Below, piece by piece: positions 63,510 to 64,000 of a DNA stretch of 64,000 nt. The number at the start of each line of letters is the position of its first letter. Within the stretch, counting starts at the first letter, position 1. The DNA comes from Haliotis rubra (taxonomy: Eukaryota). The stretch spans positions 62,001 to 126,000 of the forward strand of contig NW_025765111.1 in assembly GCF_003918875.1 (NCBI RefSeq), read 5' to 3'. Below the pieces are notes generated by a model. That model made no database searches and was not told the DNA's origin. It saw nothing but the letters and a program-made list of their open reading frames with translations. The position numbers and the translations under genes are program-made.

Positions 63510-63682
63510 ACCCGGGTTAGAATTAATGTTCAGTGTCCCATGCTTGTCGTAAGAGGCTATTAACGTGATCACGTGGACAGCCTCGCCGGCCTGGTGCACA
63601 CATGTCATCCTGTCCCAAATGTGTTTATCGATGCTCATGATCTTGATCACTGGATTGTCTGGTCCAGACTCGATTATTTCTA
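63510..63682 (+). mobile_element. SINE-like family B, diverged
   Basis: Similarity to family B. Confidence 0.78.
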
Positions 63683-64000
63683 CATGATTCATTGTCCAAT
63701 AGCCGTTTGGCAAATAATCACATCATAAACTCTCCCTGGAAATTATATTTATTACCAACGAAAAACATGAAGCAGCCTACAAAGGATACGTCTCGAAGCG
63801 ATTTTACTAAAACGAAATACCGAGTATAAATTCTCGATGAACGGTTGAAGACCTCACTTCGTACCTGTAAATGTGTCTTGAATTCCAACATATATTTATG
63901 AGTAAGTGTGAGTTGTTTGTACGTGTTTACAGTTTCACCTGTGTGATCAAAATGGATGATACGTCCGCCGTAATACACATGTTTCTTTCTCTTTCATACA

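Noticed and set aside
5844-63713. Recurrent small ORFs such as [29 protein letters not shown] as a peptide gene family
   Set aside because: They are translations of family B SINE copies.

Overview
AT-rich, intron-rich animal genomic DNA, probably a gastropod mollusc (abalone-like, judged from the dominant SINE families), with one 154-N gap at 52200-52353. Reading splice sites by hand gives three multi-exon genes that the ORF track shows only in fragments. (1) + strand 474-10247: a Ty3/gypsy-type Gag capsid ORF with no pol or LTR can be spliced in frame, through a run of small GT-AG exons encoding an acidic linker, to a complete C-terminal FYVE zinc finger. This is a candidate domesticated capsid-FYVE fusion of about 406 aa. 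(2) - strand 41504-14888: a 15-exon PLAT + lipoxygenase gene (~660 aa) in which every iron-ligand position is altered (His to Tyr, His to Cys, His to Gln, Asn to Gly, C-terminal Ile segment truncated). It is a candidate pseudo-lipoxygenase, and has two G-homopolymer frameshifts that may be assembly errors. (3) + strand 52721 to beyond the window end: invertebrate-type contactin (C-type lectin + Ig domains). The rest is SINEs, MITEs, fragments of BEL/Pao, R4/Dong-like and Tc1 elements, and four minisatellites, one built from a lipoxygenase exon/5' splice-site junction. All gene models are manual and unverified by transcripts.
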